This document shows positions 20,353 through 31,790 of a DNA stretch of 64,000 nt, one piece after another; position 1 is the stretch's first letter, and each line of letters starts with the position of its first letter. The position numbers were made by a program, and so were the translations under genes. This DNA comes from an uncultured Gammaproteobacteria bacterium. Lineage in GTDB: Bacteria > Patescibacteriota > Microgenomatia > Daviesbacterales > UBA10151. A model generated the notes under the pieces. The model was not told the DNA's origin. It saw only the letters and a program-made list of their open reading frames with translations, and did not search any database. Location of the stretch: positions 12,635 to 76,634 of the forward strand of contig CAZYPW010000006.1 of NCBI GenBank assembly GCA_964649615.1, written 5' to 3'.

Positions 20353-21684
20353 CTTTCTGGGAAGCTTATCTATATCTCCTGCTCCCATAAAAAATACCAC
20401 ATCTCCATTTTTAACTTCTGCTTTTACCTCATTTAAGATTTGATTAATTGGTACCATTTTTACGCTATTGCGCACTTTTGGTACCACTTCACTATTTATA
20501 CTTTCCACAAGCTGTTGGCTGTTTACCAAACCTGTATCTACTTCTCTGCTGGGATAAATATCTGTAATTATGATTTTATCTACAGGAAGTTCCTTAAATA
20601 CTTTGACAAAGTCATCAAAAAGGGCTTTAGTTCTTGAAAACATGTGAGGTTCATAAATAAGAATTATTCTGTTATTAGGAAATTTTTGTCTGGCAGCTTC
20701 CATGGTAACTTTTATTTCTGTTGGGTGATGACCAAAATCAGAATATACTTTTGCATTATTATAATCCCCTAAATATTCAAACCTCCTGCCAACTCCAGAG
20801 TAGTTTTGCAGGCTTTGTCTAATAGTTTGTGGATCAATTTCTAGAAGTAGACCAACCTGCATAGCTGCTTGAGCATTTAACTTATTAAATTCTCCAGGGA
20901 TTTGCATTGGAAAATGCAGCTCATTCCTAGAATAATCTAAATATTGGACAAAATCATCATGATCGGAATGTTTTTGTCTAGGAGTTTTCATTACATGTTT
21001 AACTACTTCAGCTACATTTGAGTCAGATAAATTTGCCACAATGGTTTGTTTGCTTTGCAAAAGAAATTTTTCAAAGCTTTCTTTATAAGATTCAAAATCC
21101 TTAAAATATTCCGGATGGTCCATCTCTATATTTGTAACAACTGTAATATCCGGTTTAAGATGCAAAAAATTATCATTAAACTCATCTGCTTCAATGGCAA
21201 AGTACCCACGGCCGTTAGTAGTTTGTCGCTGGATTCTATAGTTTGTGCCCCACTTTGGGTGTATTGCTCCAAGTAAAACCGTTGGGTCTAAATTAGCATC
21301 TTCCAGCATTTGGGCAATCATGGCTGTAGTAGTTGTTTTGCCATGTGTTCCGCAAACAGCAATTACAAACTTATCATTAGTTAAATATTCACCTACAAAC
21401 TGTTGCCAAGTTATTACAGGAATTTTTTTTTCTTTGGCTGCTAGAAGTTCTGAATTATTTGGATCCAGTGAAAAAATTGCCGGTGTAACTGCCAATATAT
21501 CTACCTTCCCACTTCCGATGTGGGAAGCTGAATGGCCTTTTTCTAACTTTACACTTCCGATGTGTAACGTAAACTTGTTATTGGGTTCTAAATCACAACC
21601 AGTTATTTCATAACCTTGAGCTTGAGCGATAGCAGCAGCAGCAGACGCTCCAGACCCACCAATTCCTAAAAAATGAATTTTCAT
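20335..21684 (-). CDS. murC: UDP-N-acetylmuramate--L-alanine ligase
   Basis: MKIHFLGIGGSG start at 21684; GTHGKTTT, EADE, DHPE, GVGRRFE, DFGHHPTE. Confidence 0.95.
   Translation of the reverse strand: MKIHFLGIGGSGASAAAAIAQAQGYEITGCDLEPNNKFTLHIGSVKLEKGHSASHIGSGKVDILAVTPAIFSLDPNNSELLAAKEKKIPVITWQQFVGEYLTNDKFVIAVCGTHGKTTTTAMIAQMLEDANLDPTVLLGAIHPKWGTNYRIQRQTTNGRGYFAIEADEFNDNFLHLKPDITVVTNIEMDHPEYFKDFESYKESFEKFLLQSKQTIVANLSDSNVAEVVKHVMKTPRQKHSDHDDFVQYLDYSRNELHFPMQIPGEFNKLNAQAAMQVGLLLEIDPQTIRQSLQNYSGVGRRFEYLGDYNNAKVYSDFGHHPTEIKVTMEAARQKFPNNRIILIYEPHMFSRTKALFDDFVKVFKELPVDKIIITDIYPSREVDTGLVNSQQLVESINSEVVPKVRNSVKMVPINQILNEVKAEVKNGDVVFFMGAGDIDKLPRKLVSSS
21506..21526. repeat. REP-like hairpin family A, in frame in murC
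   Basis: TTCCCACTTCCGATGTGGGAA; encodes SHIGSG. Confidence 0.92.
21549..21567. repeat. Family A variant with co-varied stem, in murC
   Basis: TTACACTTCCGATGTGTAA; encodes LHIGSV. Confidence 0.75.
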
Positions 21685-21805
21685 TGCTAAATTATATGAT
21701 TTTTGATCTTTTAATGCCAGAAAATTAGCAAAAAGGACAGGTGCCAAGTCTTCGACTCTGAGGTCTGAGACCTCATCACTCAGACTCGAAGAGCTATTCC
21801 ACCTT

Positions 21806-22360
21806 TCAGGTGGTCTGAGTTGAATTGTCAGATATAGGGGGACTGAATGAGTAACCAATGTTCGTGTGTCCAATAATAATAGAATGTTGTTGTTTGTCTC
21901 TAGAGTTTCCATCTCCAAGCTTTCGTCTTAAGTGGGATACGCTACTTCTAAGATATGCTAAATCATCTGTAATGTCGCTATCAGGGTTTATACACCGTAA
22001 TAGAACTGAGTAAGGAATCCTCTTTGTTGGGTTTGCAATTAAAGGATGGAATAAAGCCCCTTCTACTTTGGATAGTATTACGGTTGATTGATCAGGTTTT
22101 GTAACCTCTTTTATTTCAGGATCATAACTCCAACCACCATATTTATAAATAGGGAGGGAAAGACCCAAAATCATCTCTCTATGTGCGCTTGTAGCGCCCC
22201 AAAATCTTAGAAAATGACCATCTTCTAGAATTTTACTTAAAAGTTCCTCAGGTGTTAATAAGCCGAATGTTTGGGCGACTGCTCTGTAGGCTTCGAGTAT
22301 CTGTCTTCTTGCGTGAGATAATGGATCTTCCTGTGGAGTTTTTTCTCCTTCAATGCGCAT
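21806..22360 (-). CDS. Protein with OmpR/PhoB-type winged-helix DNA-binding domain
   Basis: LSKVEGALF...LRSSVSHLRRKLG...GYSF. Confidence 0.65.
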   Translation of the reverse strand: MRIEGEKTPQEDPLSHARRQILEAYRAVAQTFGLLTPEELLSKILEDGHFLRFWGATSAHREMILGLSLPIYKYGGWSYDPEIKEVTKPDQSTVILSKVEGALFHPLIANPTKRIPYSVLLRCINPDSDITDDLAYLRSSVSHLRRKLGDGNSRDKQQHSIIIGHTNIGYSFSPPISDNSTQTT

Positions 22361-22416
22361 ATTTGTAAATTATACCAAAGTAATTGTTAAAAGTAAACTA
22401 TAGGTTAGCAGTTGGA

Positions 22417-24381
<1,965 letters not shown>

Positions 24382-24430
24382 TTATTTTAGGGCCAAGCTA
24401 TGCTTAGCCATTTAAAGTATTATCTTACCA

Positions 24431-25105
24431 TTATTTTTGAGGCATGACCAGCATTAAATATTCTAAAATTGCCCTAATATTAACATTCTGATTTTGCCAC
24501 TGTTCAGCCTGCATAAGCTCTTTTAAAAGGTTTACGTTCCCACTTGACATGTGGGAAGCTAGATTTTTATGGAAATATGTAACCAGGGCAGGTAATAATT
24601 CTGCTCTATCTTTTAATTTTTCTATATATTCAAACCTTTGCTCAATACTGAAATCTAATAATTTTTCTATATCTTCTAAGTAGTTGGTAGTTGGCTTGCC
24701 TCGCTGAGTTGGCGAAGCGGGTAGTTGGTAGTTGGTAGTAGAAAGATGCTCAATATGGCAGCGTGACAGGACTGTTGGTAAAAATTTAGCATCAGAATCT
24801 GCGCCTAAAATAAATAAACCATTCTCAGGTAATTCCTCCAGAGTTTTAAGTAAAGCATTTTGGCCCTCAGGAGTTAAATCTGACCCATTTTCTAAAACCA
24901 CTACCCTGCCTTTGGCTGAGTATGGTTTTAAAGAAAAATGTTCTTTGATTTTTCTGGCTTGTTCTATGCCTAATTTGGAATCAACTGGATAGTATAAAAC
25001 ATCTGGATGGTTCGTGTTCCCACTTCCGATGTGGGAAGCTATAGTTTGTTGAATTTCCTGTTTCCTATCTTCTAAATTAGGTGAAATTAAAAGCCTTGCA
25101 ATCAT
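24431..25105 (-). CDS. holB: DNA polymerase III delta'-like subunit (short form)
   Basis: HPD, QNALLKTLEE, LPTVLSRC. Confidence 0.8.
   Translation of the reverse strand: MIARLLISPNLEDRKQEIQQTIASHIGSGNTNHPDVLYYPVDSKLGIEQARKIKEHFSLKPYSAKGRVVVLENGSDLTPEGQNALLKTLEELPENGLFILGADSDAKFLPTVLSRCHIEHLSTTNYQLPASPTQRGKPTTNYLEDIEKLLDFSIEQRFEYIEKLKDRAELLPALVTYFHKNLASHMSSGNVNLLKELMQAEQWQNQNVNIRAILEYLMLVMPQK
24537..24557. repeat. REP-like hairpin family A, in frame in holB
   Basis: TTCCCACTTGACATGTGGGAA; encodes SHMSSG. Confidence 0.92.
24680..24741 (-). repeat. Family C palindrome (24695-24721) nested in GTAGTTG heptamers, in holB
   Basis: Encodes STTNYQLPASPTQRGKPTTNY. Confidence 0.8.
25017..25037. repeat. 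REP-like hairpin family A, in frame in holB
   Basis: TTCCCACTTCCGATGTGGGAA; encodes SHIGSG. Confidence 0.92.
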
Positions 25106-25142
25106 GGGCCAATTCTAACATAATGGATTATATACAAATAAT

Positions 25143-26849
25143 ATGTTTCAAGCTCCTGCCCAAAATACAATTGAGGACATCCTTTTTAAAGAAGGCCTGC
25201 TGTCTAAAGAACAACTGGCAGCTATCAAATTAGAAAGTATTAACTTGGGTCAACCTATTGATAAGTTAATCCTGCAGCACAATTTAGCTCCCATAGACAG
25301 AATTATCCAGGCTAAAGCCCAGTTGTTGAATGTCCCTTTTATGAAGCTGGAAGGAAAAGCTATCTCTGCTGAGGTTTTAAACCTGATTCCTGAGGCTGCA
25401 GCCAGGCGTTATACCATCATCCCTTTTGAGAAACAGGGTGATGAGCTTTGGGTAGCCATGGCAGATCCCTTAGATATTCAAATAATCCAGTTTATAGAAA
25501 AAAGATCTGGCAAAAGAGTTAAACCCTATTTAGCTTTGCCTGAAGATATTTTAAAAGCCATCTCTGACCAATATGCCCAAAATTTAACCTCTGAAGTTAC
25601 TTCTGCTTTAAAGGAAGTTCAATCAGTAAAACCTGAGGAAGAAATCTCAACTGGCCCTCAAATAATCAGAGAAGCTCCAGTTACTAACATTGTTAACCAA
25701 CTTTTGGAATATGCTATTAAAACCCGCTCATCTGATATTCACATCGAGCCCCAGGAAGATAGGACCAGGGTTAGATATAGGATTGATGGGATTTTGCAGG
25801 AAAAAATCCTTCTTCCCAGGGGAGTTCATGATGCTTTAGTTTCTAGAATAAAAATCTTGTCTGTTTTAAAGATAGATGAAAGAAGATTGCCCCAGGATGG
25901 AAGGTTTACTTTTACCTTGGGTGAAAATGAGGTAGATCTGAGGATTTCCACAGTTCCTACTGTTTTTGGAGAAAAAGTAGTGATGAGGCTATTGCCTAAA
26001 TCCACCAATGCCCCTACTCTTTTAGAATTAGGCTTAAGAGGCAGTTCTTTAAAAGCTTTGGAGACTCAACTCTTGCGCCCTCATGGCATCATTTTAGTTT
26101 GTGGTCCTACAGGTTCTGGAAAAACTACTACTTTGTATTCAGTTTTAACTAAAATTTCCACCACCAAAGTTAATGTAGTGACTGTGGAGGACCCTGTTGA
26201 GTACCAGATTCCAGGTGTTAATCAGGTTCAAGTGAATCCTACAGTTGGCCTGACTTTTGCCTCAGCCCTGCGTTCATTTTTAAGGCAGGATCCAAATATT
26301 ATTATGGTAGGAGAAATCAGAGATACAGAAACAGCTGATTTGGCAATACAAGCTGCCTTAACTGGCCACCAGGTTTTTTCTACTGTTCATACTAATTCTG
26401 CCTCAGGTGCTCCTCCTAGGCTTTTGGATATGGGGGTGGAGCCATTTTTATTAACCTCCTCTTTAAATGCAGTGGTTGGGCAAAGAGTAGTCAGAAAAAT
26501 TTGCCCCCACTGTAAAATGGAATTTCCAGCCCCACCTGAGGTGGTGGAAAATATTAAATCAGTTTTGGGGAATTTTTTGCCAAAATCATTAGGCCTAAAT
26601 TTGAAGCTTTTTAAAGGGCAAGGTTGTGCCCAATGTGTTAAAACAGGTTATTTGGGCAGGGTGGGGATTTTTGAAGTGTTGGTGGTGACAGATTCTTTGG
26701 CCAAATTGATTTTAGAACATGCTTCCAGCACTGCCATTGAGCAGCTGTCAGTTTCCCAAGGCATGGTGACTATGAAACAGGATGGCTATTTGAAGGCATT
26801 GGAAGGTGTGACTACTATGGAGGAGGTGTTGCGCGTAGCGCAAGATTAA
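25143..26849 (+). CDS. pilB: Type IV pilus assembly ATPase (PilB/GspE)
   Basis: SDIHIEP, RLPQDGR, GPTGSGKTTT, RQDPNIIMVGEIRD, CxxC zinc motifs. Confidence 0.95.
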   Translation: MFQAPAQNTIEDILFKEGLLSKEQLAAIKLESINLGQPIDKLILQHNLAPIDRIIQAKAQLLNVPFMKLEGKAISAEVLNLIPEAAARRYTIIPFEKQGDELWVAMADPLDIQIIQFIEKRSGKRVKPYLALPEDILKAISDQYAQNLTSEVTSALKEVQSVKPEEEISTGPQIIREAPVTNIVNQLLEYAIKTRSSDIHIEPQEDRTRVRYRIDGILQEKILLPRGVHDALVSRIKILSVLKIDERRLPQDGRFTFTLGENEVDLRISTVPTVFGEKVVMRLLPKSTNAPTLLELGLRGSSLKALETQLLRPHGIILVCGPTGSGKTTTLYSVLTKISTTKVNVVTVEDPVEYQIPGVNQVQVNPTVGLTFASALRSFLRQDPNIIMVGEIRDTETADLAIQAALTGHQVFSTVHTNSASGAPPRLLDMGVEPFLLTSSLNAVVGQRVVRKICPHCKMEFPAPPEVVENIKSVLGNFLPKSLGLNLKLFKGQGCAQCVKTGYLGRVGIFEVLVVTDSLAKLILEHASSTAIEQLSVSQGMVTMKQDGYLKALEGVTTMEEVLRVAQD

Positions 26850-26947
26850 ATATTAAAAATCAAAATGCAAAATGACAATGTAGAATTTAAAATTTTAAAT
26901 TTTAATCTGTCATTTTTATTTTTTAGTTCTAATCTTTACATTTAATA

Positions 26948-28000
26948 ATGAACATACAACAATTATTAGATCTGACAATTTCGCGGAATGCTTCTGATTT
27001 ACATTTATCTGTAGGTTTTCCTCCCCTGTTGCGCATTCATGGTGAGTTAATACCTGTGGCTGGAGAAAGTGAGGTTACTCTTGAGGGAATCAGCAGTTTA
27101 ATCTTCCCTATGCTCAACCAAGTCCAAAAAAATATTTTTGACCAATCATATGAGCTGGATTTTTCCTTTGAATTTGAGGGAAAAGGCAGATTTAGGGTAA
27201 ATATTTATAAGCAAAAAAATTACCCTGCAGCATCTTTGCGGTTAATTCCTCTTTCAATTCCTCCTTTAGAAGCATCAGGATTGCCTCAAAACTTATTTAA
27301 AATAGCTGAGTTAAAACAAGGATTAATTTTAGTAACAGGCCCCACAGGGCATGGAAAATCCACCACCCTGGCTTCATTTATCAATAAAATAAACCAGACC
27401 AGAGCAGTGCATATAATTACCATTGAGGATCCTATTGAGTATGTCTATCCTAAGGCCAAGTCTTTAATTGACCAAAGGGAGATGTATAGAGATACCAAAT
27501 CCTGGAATAATGCGCTAAGAGCTGCTCTAAGGGAGGATCCAGATGTAGTTTTAGTAGGTGAGATGAGAGATTTTGAAACTATTGCCTCAGCCATGACTAT
27601 TGCAGAAACTGGGCATTTGGTTTTTGCCACCCTCCATACTAATTCTACAGCCCAATCCATTGATAGGATTGTGGATGTTTTTCCTGATATTCAACAAGCC
27701 CAGATAAAATTGCAGCTGGCAGCCACCCTGGAGGCCATTATTTCCATAAGGCTGATCCCAACTATTGAGCCAGGCAGGACTTTAACCTCAGAAGTGCTCC
27801 TAGCCACTCCTGCTGTGAGAAATATTATTAGGGAAGGCAAATCTCATTTAATTGATAACATCATAGAAACTTCAGCAGAATACGGCATGCAGATTTTGGA
27901 AAAATCTTTAGCAGATTTGGTAAAAAATGGCAAAATCACCTCGGATGTAGCTTTAAGCTATGCTCTAAGGCCAGAATTTTTGAATAAACTTCTAAAATAA
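26948..28000 (+). CDS. pilT: Type IV pilus retraction ATPase
   Basis: ASDLHL, GPTGHGKSTT, ALREDPDVVLVGEMRD, TLHT, NIIRE. Confidence 0.95.
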   Translation: MNIQQLLDLTISRNASDLHLSVGFPPLLRIHGELIPVAGESEVTLEGISSLIFPMLNQVQKNIFDQSYELDFSFEFEGKGRFRVNIYKQKNYPAASLRLIPLSIPPLEASGLPQNLFKIAELKQGLILVTGPTGHGKSTTLASFINKINQTRAVHIITIEDPIEYVYPKAKSLIDQREMYRDTKSWNNALRAALREDPDVVLVGEMRDFETIASAMTIAETGHLVFATLHTNSTAQSIDRIVDVFPDIQQAQIKLQLAATLEAIISIRLIPTIEPGRTLTSEVLLATPAVRNIIREGKSHLIDNIIETSAEYGMQILEKSLADLVKNGKITSDVALSYALRPEFLNKLLK

Positions 28001-28022
28001 ATGGCAGAAAGGATATATAAAA

Positions 28023-29225
28023 ATGGCGGATTTTGTCTATAAAGCAAAAGATAGGCAAGGCACATATTCAGAAGGTGTTATCCAATCTCCAGATAGCCAT
28101 TCTGCTGCTTCAATTTTACGGAAAAAGGGATTAATTGTCATATCACTTATTAATAAGGGTGATTCTTCCTTTAAATTTTTAGAAATCTTATTAAATAGAG
28201 TTTCTGCCAACACCATAGTGATTATGACCAGGCAGCTGGCTACTATGGTTTCATCTGGTTTGGTTTTATCTGAAGCCATAGATATTTTGCAGGAACAGCA
28301 AACTAATAAAACGCTGCAAAAAGCCCTGGAGGAAATATCAGAGGATATTAAAGGCGGGTTAACACTAGCCCAGGCTTTATCTAAATATCCCCATATCTTC
28401 CCCAAATTATATGTTAATTTAGTTAAGTCAGGCGAGGCTTCTGGAAAGTTAGACCAGGTTTTGGTGCAGATGGCTGATTCTTTGGAAAAGGATAGGGAAT
28501 TTAGAGCCCGCGTCCGCGGGGCCATGATATATCCCATGGTGGTTATAGCCATGATGCTGGGAGTAATTGTGATTATGATGGTTTTTGTCATCCCCCGTTT
28601 GGTGGGTTTATATGAACAATCCACAATTGAGCTCCCTCTTCCTACCAAAATTCTGATTCTTACTTCTAATCTTTTTATCAACTTTTGGTGGTTGGGGATC
28701 ATAATTTTGATAGGTTCGGCTATTGCTTTAAACCGTTGGAACAAAACTCCTCAAGGGGCTTATTTTATAGGTAAATTCCTCTTAAAGACGCCCTTAGTTG
28801 GTGTTATTATTTCTAATGTGACTTTAACTAATTTCTGCAGAACTTTTGGGCTTTTAACTTCTGCTGGAATACCTCTGCTGGAATCTATTGCTATTGTGTC
28901 AGATTTAACAGATAATCCAGTTTATAGGAAGGCGCTAAAAGATGCATATTCCGGAGTGGAGCGGGGCCTGCCTTTTTCTTCACTTTTAACTCCTACTGTA
29001 TTTCCCAAAATTGTCCCCCAAATGATTAGAGTGGGTGAAGAAACAGGAAAAGTAGATGAGATTTTTTTCAAACTAGCAGAATACTTTGAATCAGAATCTG
29101 ACCATTTAGTCAAAAACCTAACAGTGGCCATAGAACCGATTATTTTAATTATTTTAGGTATTGGAGTAGCTTTTTTGGTGCTATCCATAATTCTGCCAAT
29201 CTATAAGCTCACTACGTCATTCTGA
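28023..29225 (+). CDS. pilC: Type IV pilus platform protein (PilC/GspF)
   Basis: TRQLATM, GEASGKLD, AMIYP, GEETGK, EP motifs. Confidence 0.93.
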   Translation: MADFVYKAKDRQGTYSEGVIQSPDSHSAASILRKKGLIVISLINKGDSSFKFLEILLNRVSANTIVIMTRQLATMVSSGLVLSEAIDILQEQQTNKTLQKALEEISEDIKGGLTLAQALSKYPHIFPKLYVNLVKSGEASGKLDQVLVQMADSLEKDREFRARVRGAMIYPMVVIAMMLGVIVIMMVFVIPRLVGLYEQSTIELPLPTKILILTSNLFINFWWLGIIILIGSAIALNRWNKTPQGAYFIGKFLLKTPLVGVIISNVTLTNFCRTFGLLTSAGIPLLESIAIVSDLTDNPVYRKALKDAYSGVERGLPFSSLLTPTVFPKIVPQMIRVGEETGKVDEIFFKLAEYFESESDHLVKNLTVAIEPIILIILGIGVAFLVLSIILPIYKLTTSF

Positions 29226-29396
29226 CTTCGTGAGCTTGCGAGTACTGCGTTTGCTCTTTTGATCGTTGTCAAAGAGCAACTTCGTACTTTTAAATTAACT
29301 ACCTCTTTCTAAGAGGTACTTGACTTACTATCTGCCTTTATGAATAGAATAGATTAGATCGGAAAATAGATAAATCCTGAAGGGGGGTGAATAATT

Positions 29397-29936
29397 TTGA
29401 TAAAATCTGCTCACAGAGGGTTCACCTTGGTGGAACTTTTGGTTGTTATTGCAATTATTGCCATTTTGGCAGCTGTGGTGGTTTTAATTATTAACCCGCT
29501 TGAATTAACAAGAAGAGGCAGGGATGCAGCAAGGCTGACAGATCTTGCTAATCTTCAAAATGCTATTAATGTAGCAGTTCAAGAATCCACAGGTTCATCT
29601 GCTGTAGCTGTTTTGTGTGTAGGATCTATTGACTATCCATGTAATGGGTCATCTCACACAGGCACAAGAGCTGCTGATGGAACAGGATGGGCTAAGGTTA
29701 ATTTGTCTTCATCACAAAGCGTTTCAGTGCCTACCTTACCACAAGATTCAACTAACTCAACTACTCTTCATTACACATACTGTGCTGATGATGATGCTTG
29801 GGAAATTGATACTGTGTTGGAGTCTGACCAACAAAAAGGTAAGATGTTGACTGATGGCGGGAATGAGGATGATAAATTTGAAGTAGGTTCCAACTTGCAG
29901 CTGATAGCTGCTTCAGGTGGAAGCTGCACATACTAA
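29397..29936 (+). CDS. Type IV pilin (candidate major pilin)
   Basis: G|FTLVE prepilin cleavage motif; GGGGTGA SD-like sequence upstream. Confidence 0.88.
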   Translation: MIKSAHRGFTLVELLVVIAIIAILAAVVVLIINPLELTRRGRDAARLTDLANLQNAINVAVQESTGSSAVAVLCVGSIDYPCNGSSHTGTRAADGTGWAKVNLSSSQSVSVPTLPQDSTNSTTLHYTYCADDDAWEIDTVLESDQQKGKMLTDGGNEDDKFEVGSNLQLIAASGGSCTY

Positions 29937-29949
29937 AGGCCAGGTTTGA

Positions 29950-30882
29950 ATGATTGTACTTTTAGGTTTTAGTTTGGGAATAGTTTTAGGTAGCTTTGTT
30001 AAGGCGCTAGCTGATAGAAGCCTATCTAATAAATCTTTTTGGGGAAGGTCGTACTGTTTAAATTGTAAGAAGAAATTACAATGGTACGACCTTTTTCCAA
30101 TACTTTCTTATCTAACTCTACAAGGCAGATGCAGATATTGTGGCAAAAAAATTGGGTTAGAGTATTTAGTGGTAGAAATTAGCATGGGAATATTAGTAGG
30201 ATTTCTGTTTTGGCAAAATCTGATTAATTTTCAATTTCTAATTTCTGCCTCCGAAGGAGGGGTGAATTATTTTCATTCAATTATCAATTATCAATTATCA
30301 ATATTTATCATTGATCTTCTGATTAAAATCTTTTTTATAAGTGTTTTAGTTGCTTTGGTATTGACAGATTTAAAGAAAATGTTAATCCCTGATCGGATAA
30401 TACTTCCAGCAATTACCCTAGGCTTTATCATGGCTGGATTGTTAGCCGCTTATAAGATTGGGTATTTATATTATCATCTATTAAATCATCCAGTAGGCAA
30501 ATATTTGCTTTTCCCCCATTCTGATTATTTTGGGCAACATGCCTTAGAATTATTGCATCCGTTTTTAACCGGTGTTTTTTCAGCTTTATTAATAGGTGGA
30601 TTTTTCTATCTTCTTATTATTATTACTAAAGGCAAAGGAATGGGTGGAGGGGATGTTAAACTGGGAGCATTCATAGGGCTAATGTTAGGTTTCCCCAACT
30701 CTTTGGTGGCTCTGATTTTGGCCTTTTTTTCTGGGGCAATAGTTTCTATACTACTGCTTGCATCAGGCAGGAAAAAAATTGGCCAGGTTATTCCCTTTGG
30801 GCCATTCTTAGTAATAGGGGCTTTAATTGCCCTTTTTTGGGGAGATAAAATATTTAACTGGTATATAAAGCTTGGGTCTTGA
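29950..30882 (+). CDS. pilD: Prepilin peptidase (A24)
   Basis: RSYCLNC, GRCRYC, TD..MLIPD, MGGGDVKL, IPFGPFL. Confidence 0.93.
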   Translation: MIVLLGFSLGIVLGSFVKALADRSLSNKSFWGRSYCLNCKKKLQWYDLFPILSYLTLQGRCRYCGKKIGLEYLVVEISMGILVGFLFWQNLINFQFLISASEGGVNYFHSIINYQLSIFIIDLLIKIFFISVLVALVLTDLKKMLIPDRIILPAITLGFIMAGLLAAYKIGYLYYHLLNHPVGKYLLFPHSDYFGQHALELLHPFLTGVFSALLIGGFFYLLIIITKGKGMGGGDVKLGAFIGLMLGFPNSLVALILAFFSGAIVSILLLASGRKKIGQVIPFGPFLVIGALIALFWGDKIFNWYIKLGS

Positions 30883-30927
30883 CAAGAGATTTTGTTTATG
30901 ACAATGATTAGTATGTTAGTTAAATAA

Positions 30928-31377
30928 ATGAAAAGATTGCTGCCCAAATCAATTAATAATCCTGCTGGTTTTACTCTGGTTGAACTGCTGGTGGTAATAA
31001 CCATTATTGCTATTTTGTCTGTGATTGGCATGGCAGTATTTACAAATGTCCAGAAAAATGCCAGAGATGCAAGAAGAAGATCAGATATAGATGCTATTGC
31101 TAATGCTTTGGAAGTGAATAAAACAGCAACTGCTTATGTAGCTTTAGCTACTACCCACTTTTCTGATGGAGTCATACCGCAAGATCCGTTAAATGTTGCC
31201 TACTGTGCTAACACTACAGTAGATGGGCAACCAGGTAATATAACTGCCAGGGATTGCAGTGCTCCTACAGGGTGGGGTGAAGCTGGAACAACGAACCCTC
31301 CAACAGGAACTGCCTGGAAAATCTGTGCTTACCTGGAGAATCCAGTATCAGCCTATTGTAGAGTTAATGCCCAGTAA
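30928..31377 (+). CDS. Type IV pilin / pseudopilin G-like
   Basis: GFTLVELL; ARDARRRSD. Confidence 0.88.
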   Translation: MKRLLPKSINNPAGFTLVELLVVITIIAILSVIGMAVFTNVQKNARDARRRSDIDAIANALEVNKTATAYVALATTHFSDGVIPQDPLNVAYCANTTVDGQPGNITARDCSAPTGWGEAGTTNPPTGTAWKICAYLENPVSAYCRVNAQ

Positions 31378-31459
31378 AAACATTCCTATTTTACGAAGTG
31401 CTGGTTTTACCCTGGTTGAACTTTTGATAGTTATAACTATCATTGCTGTTTTATCTTAA
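31367..31459 (+). pseudogene. Truncated pilin N-terminus
   Basis: MPSKNIPILRSAGFTLVELLIVITIIAVLS*; 31433-31457 is identical to 32518-32542. Confidence 0.8.
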
Positions 31460-31496
31460 ATTTGTAGTTTTAGGCACTTTGTCGTATACTTAAATC

Positions 31497-31790
31497 ATGC
31501 AACAAGCATCCATGAACAAGTTCGCGCCTTCGGCACTAAAACAAGCATTTTGGGATTATAACTTTAGCGAACGTCAGCTCCTGCAAAAGCTGGAAAAAGG
31601 TACAAAAGAGGAAAAGATATGGATTATAAGAAGAATTCTGGAAAATCTCCCCTTTAAATCTATATGGAGATATACAACACCTGCACAAGTAAAAGATCTC
31701 TTCCCTTATCTTCATCTCCGTCCCAAATTTAAACAAATTTGGAGTTATACTTTGTCTTTGTGGGGAAAATATGAAAAAACCTCTCACTAA
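31497..31790 (+). CDS. Putative antitoxin partner of AbiEii (DUF6922-like)
   Basis: FWDY...IIRRILE motif; overlaps the downstream toxin gene. Confidence 0.6.
   Translation: MQQASMNKFAPSALKQAFWDYNFSERQLLQKLEKGTKEEKIWIIRRILENLPFKSIWRYTTPAQVKDLFPYLHLRPKFKQIWSYTLSLWGKYEKTSH

Noticed and set aside
21685-21918. N-terminal extension of murC in the ORF track
   Set aside because: Homology starts at MKIHFLGIGG (21684), which has its own -10 box; the extension crosses hairpins and another gene.
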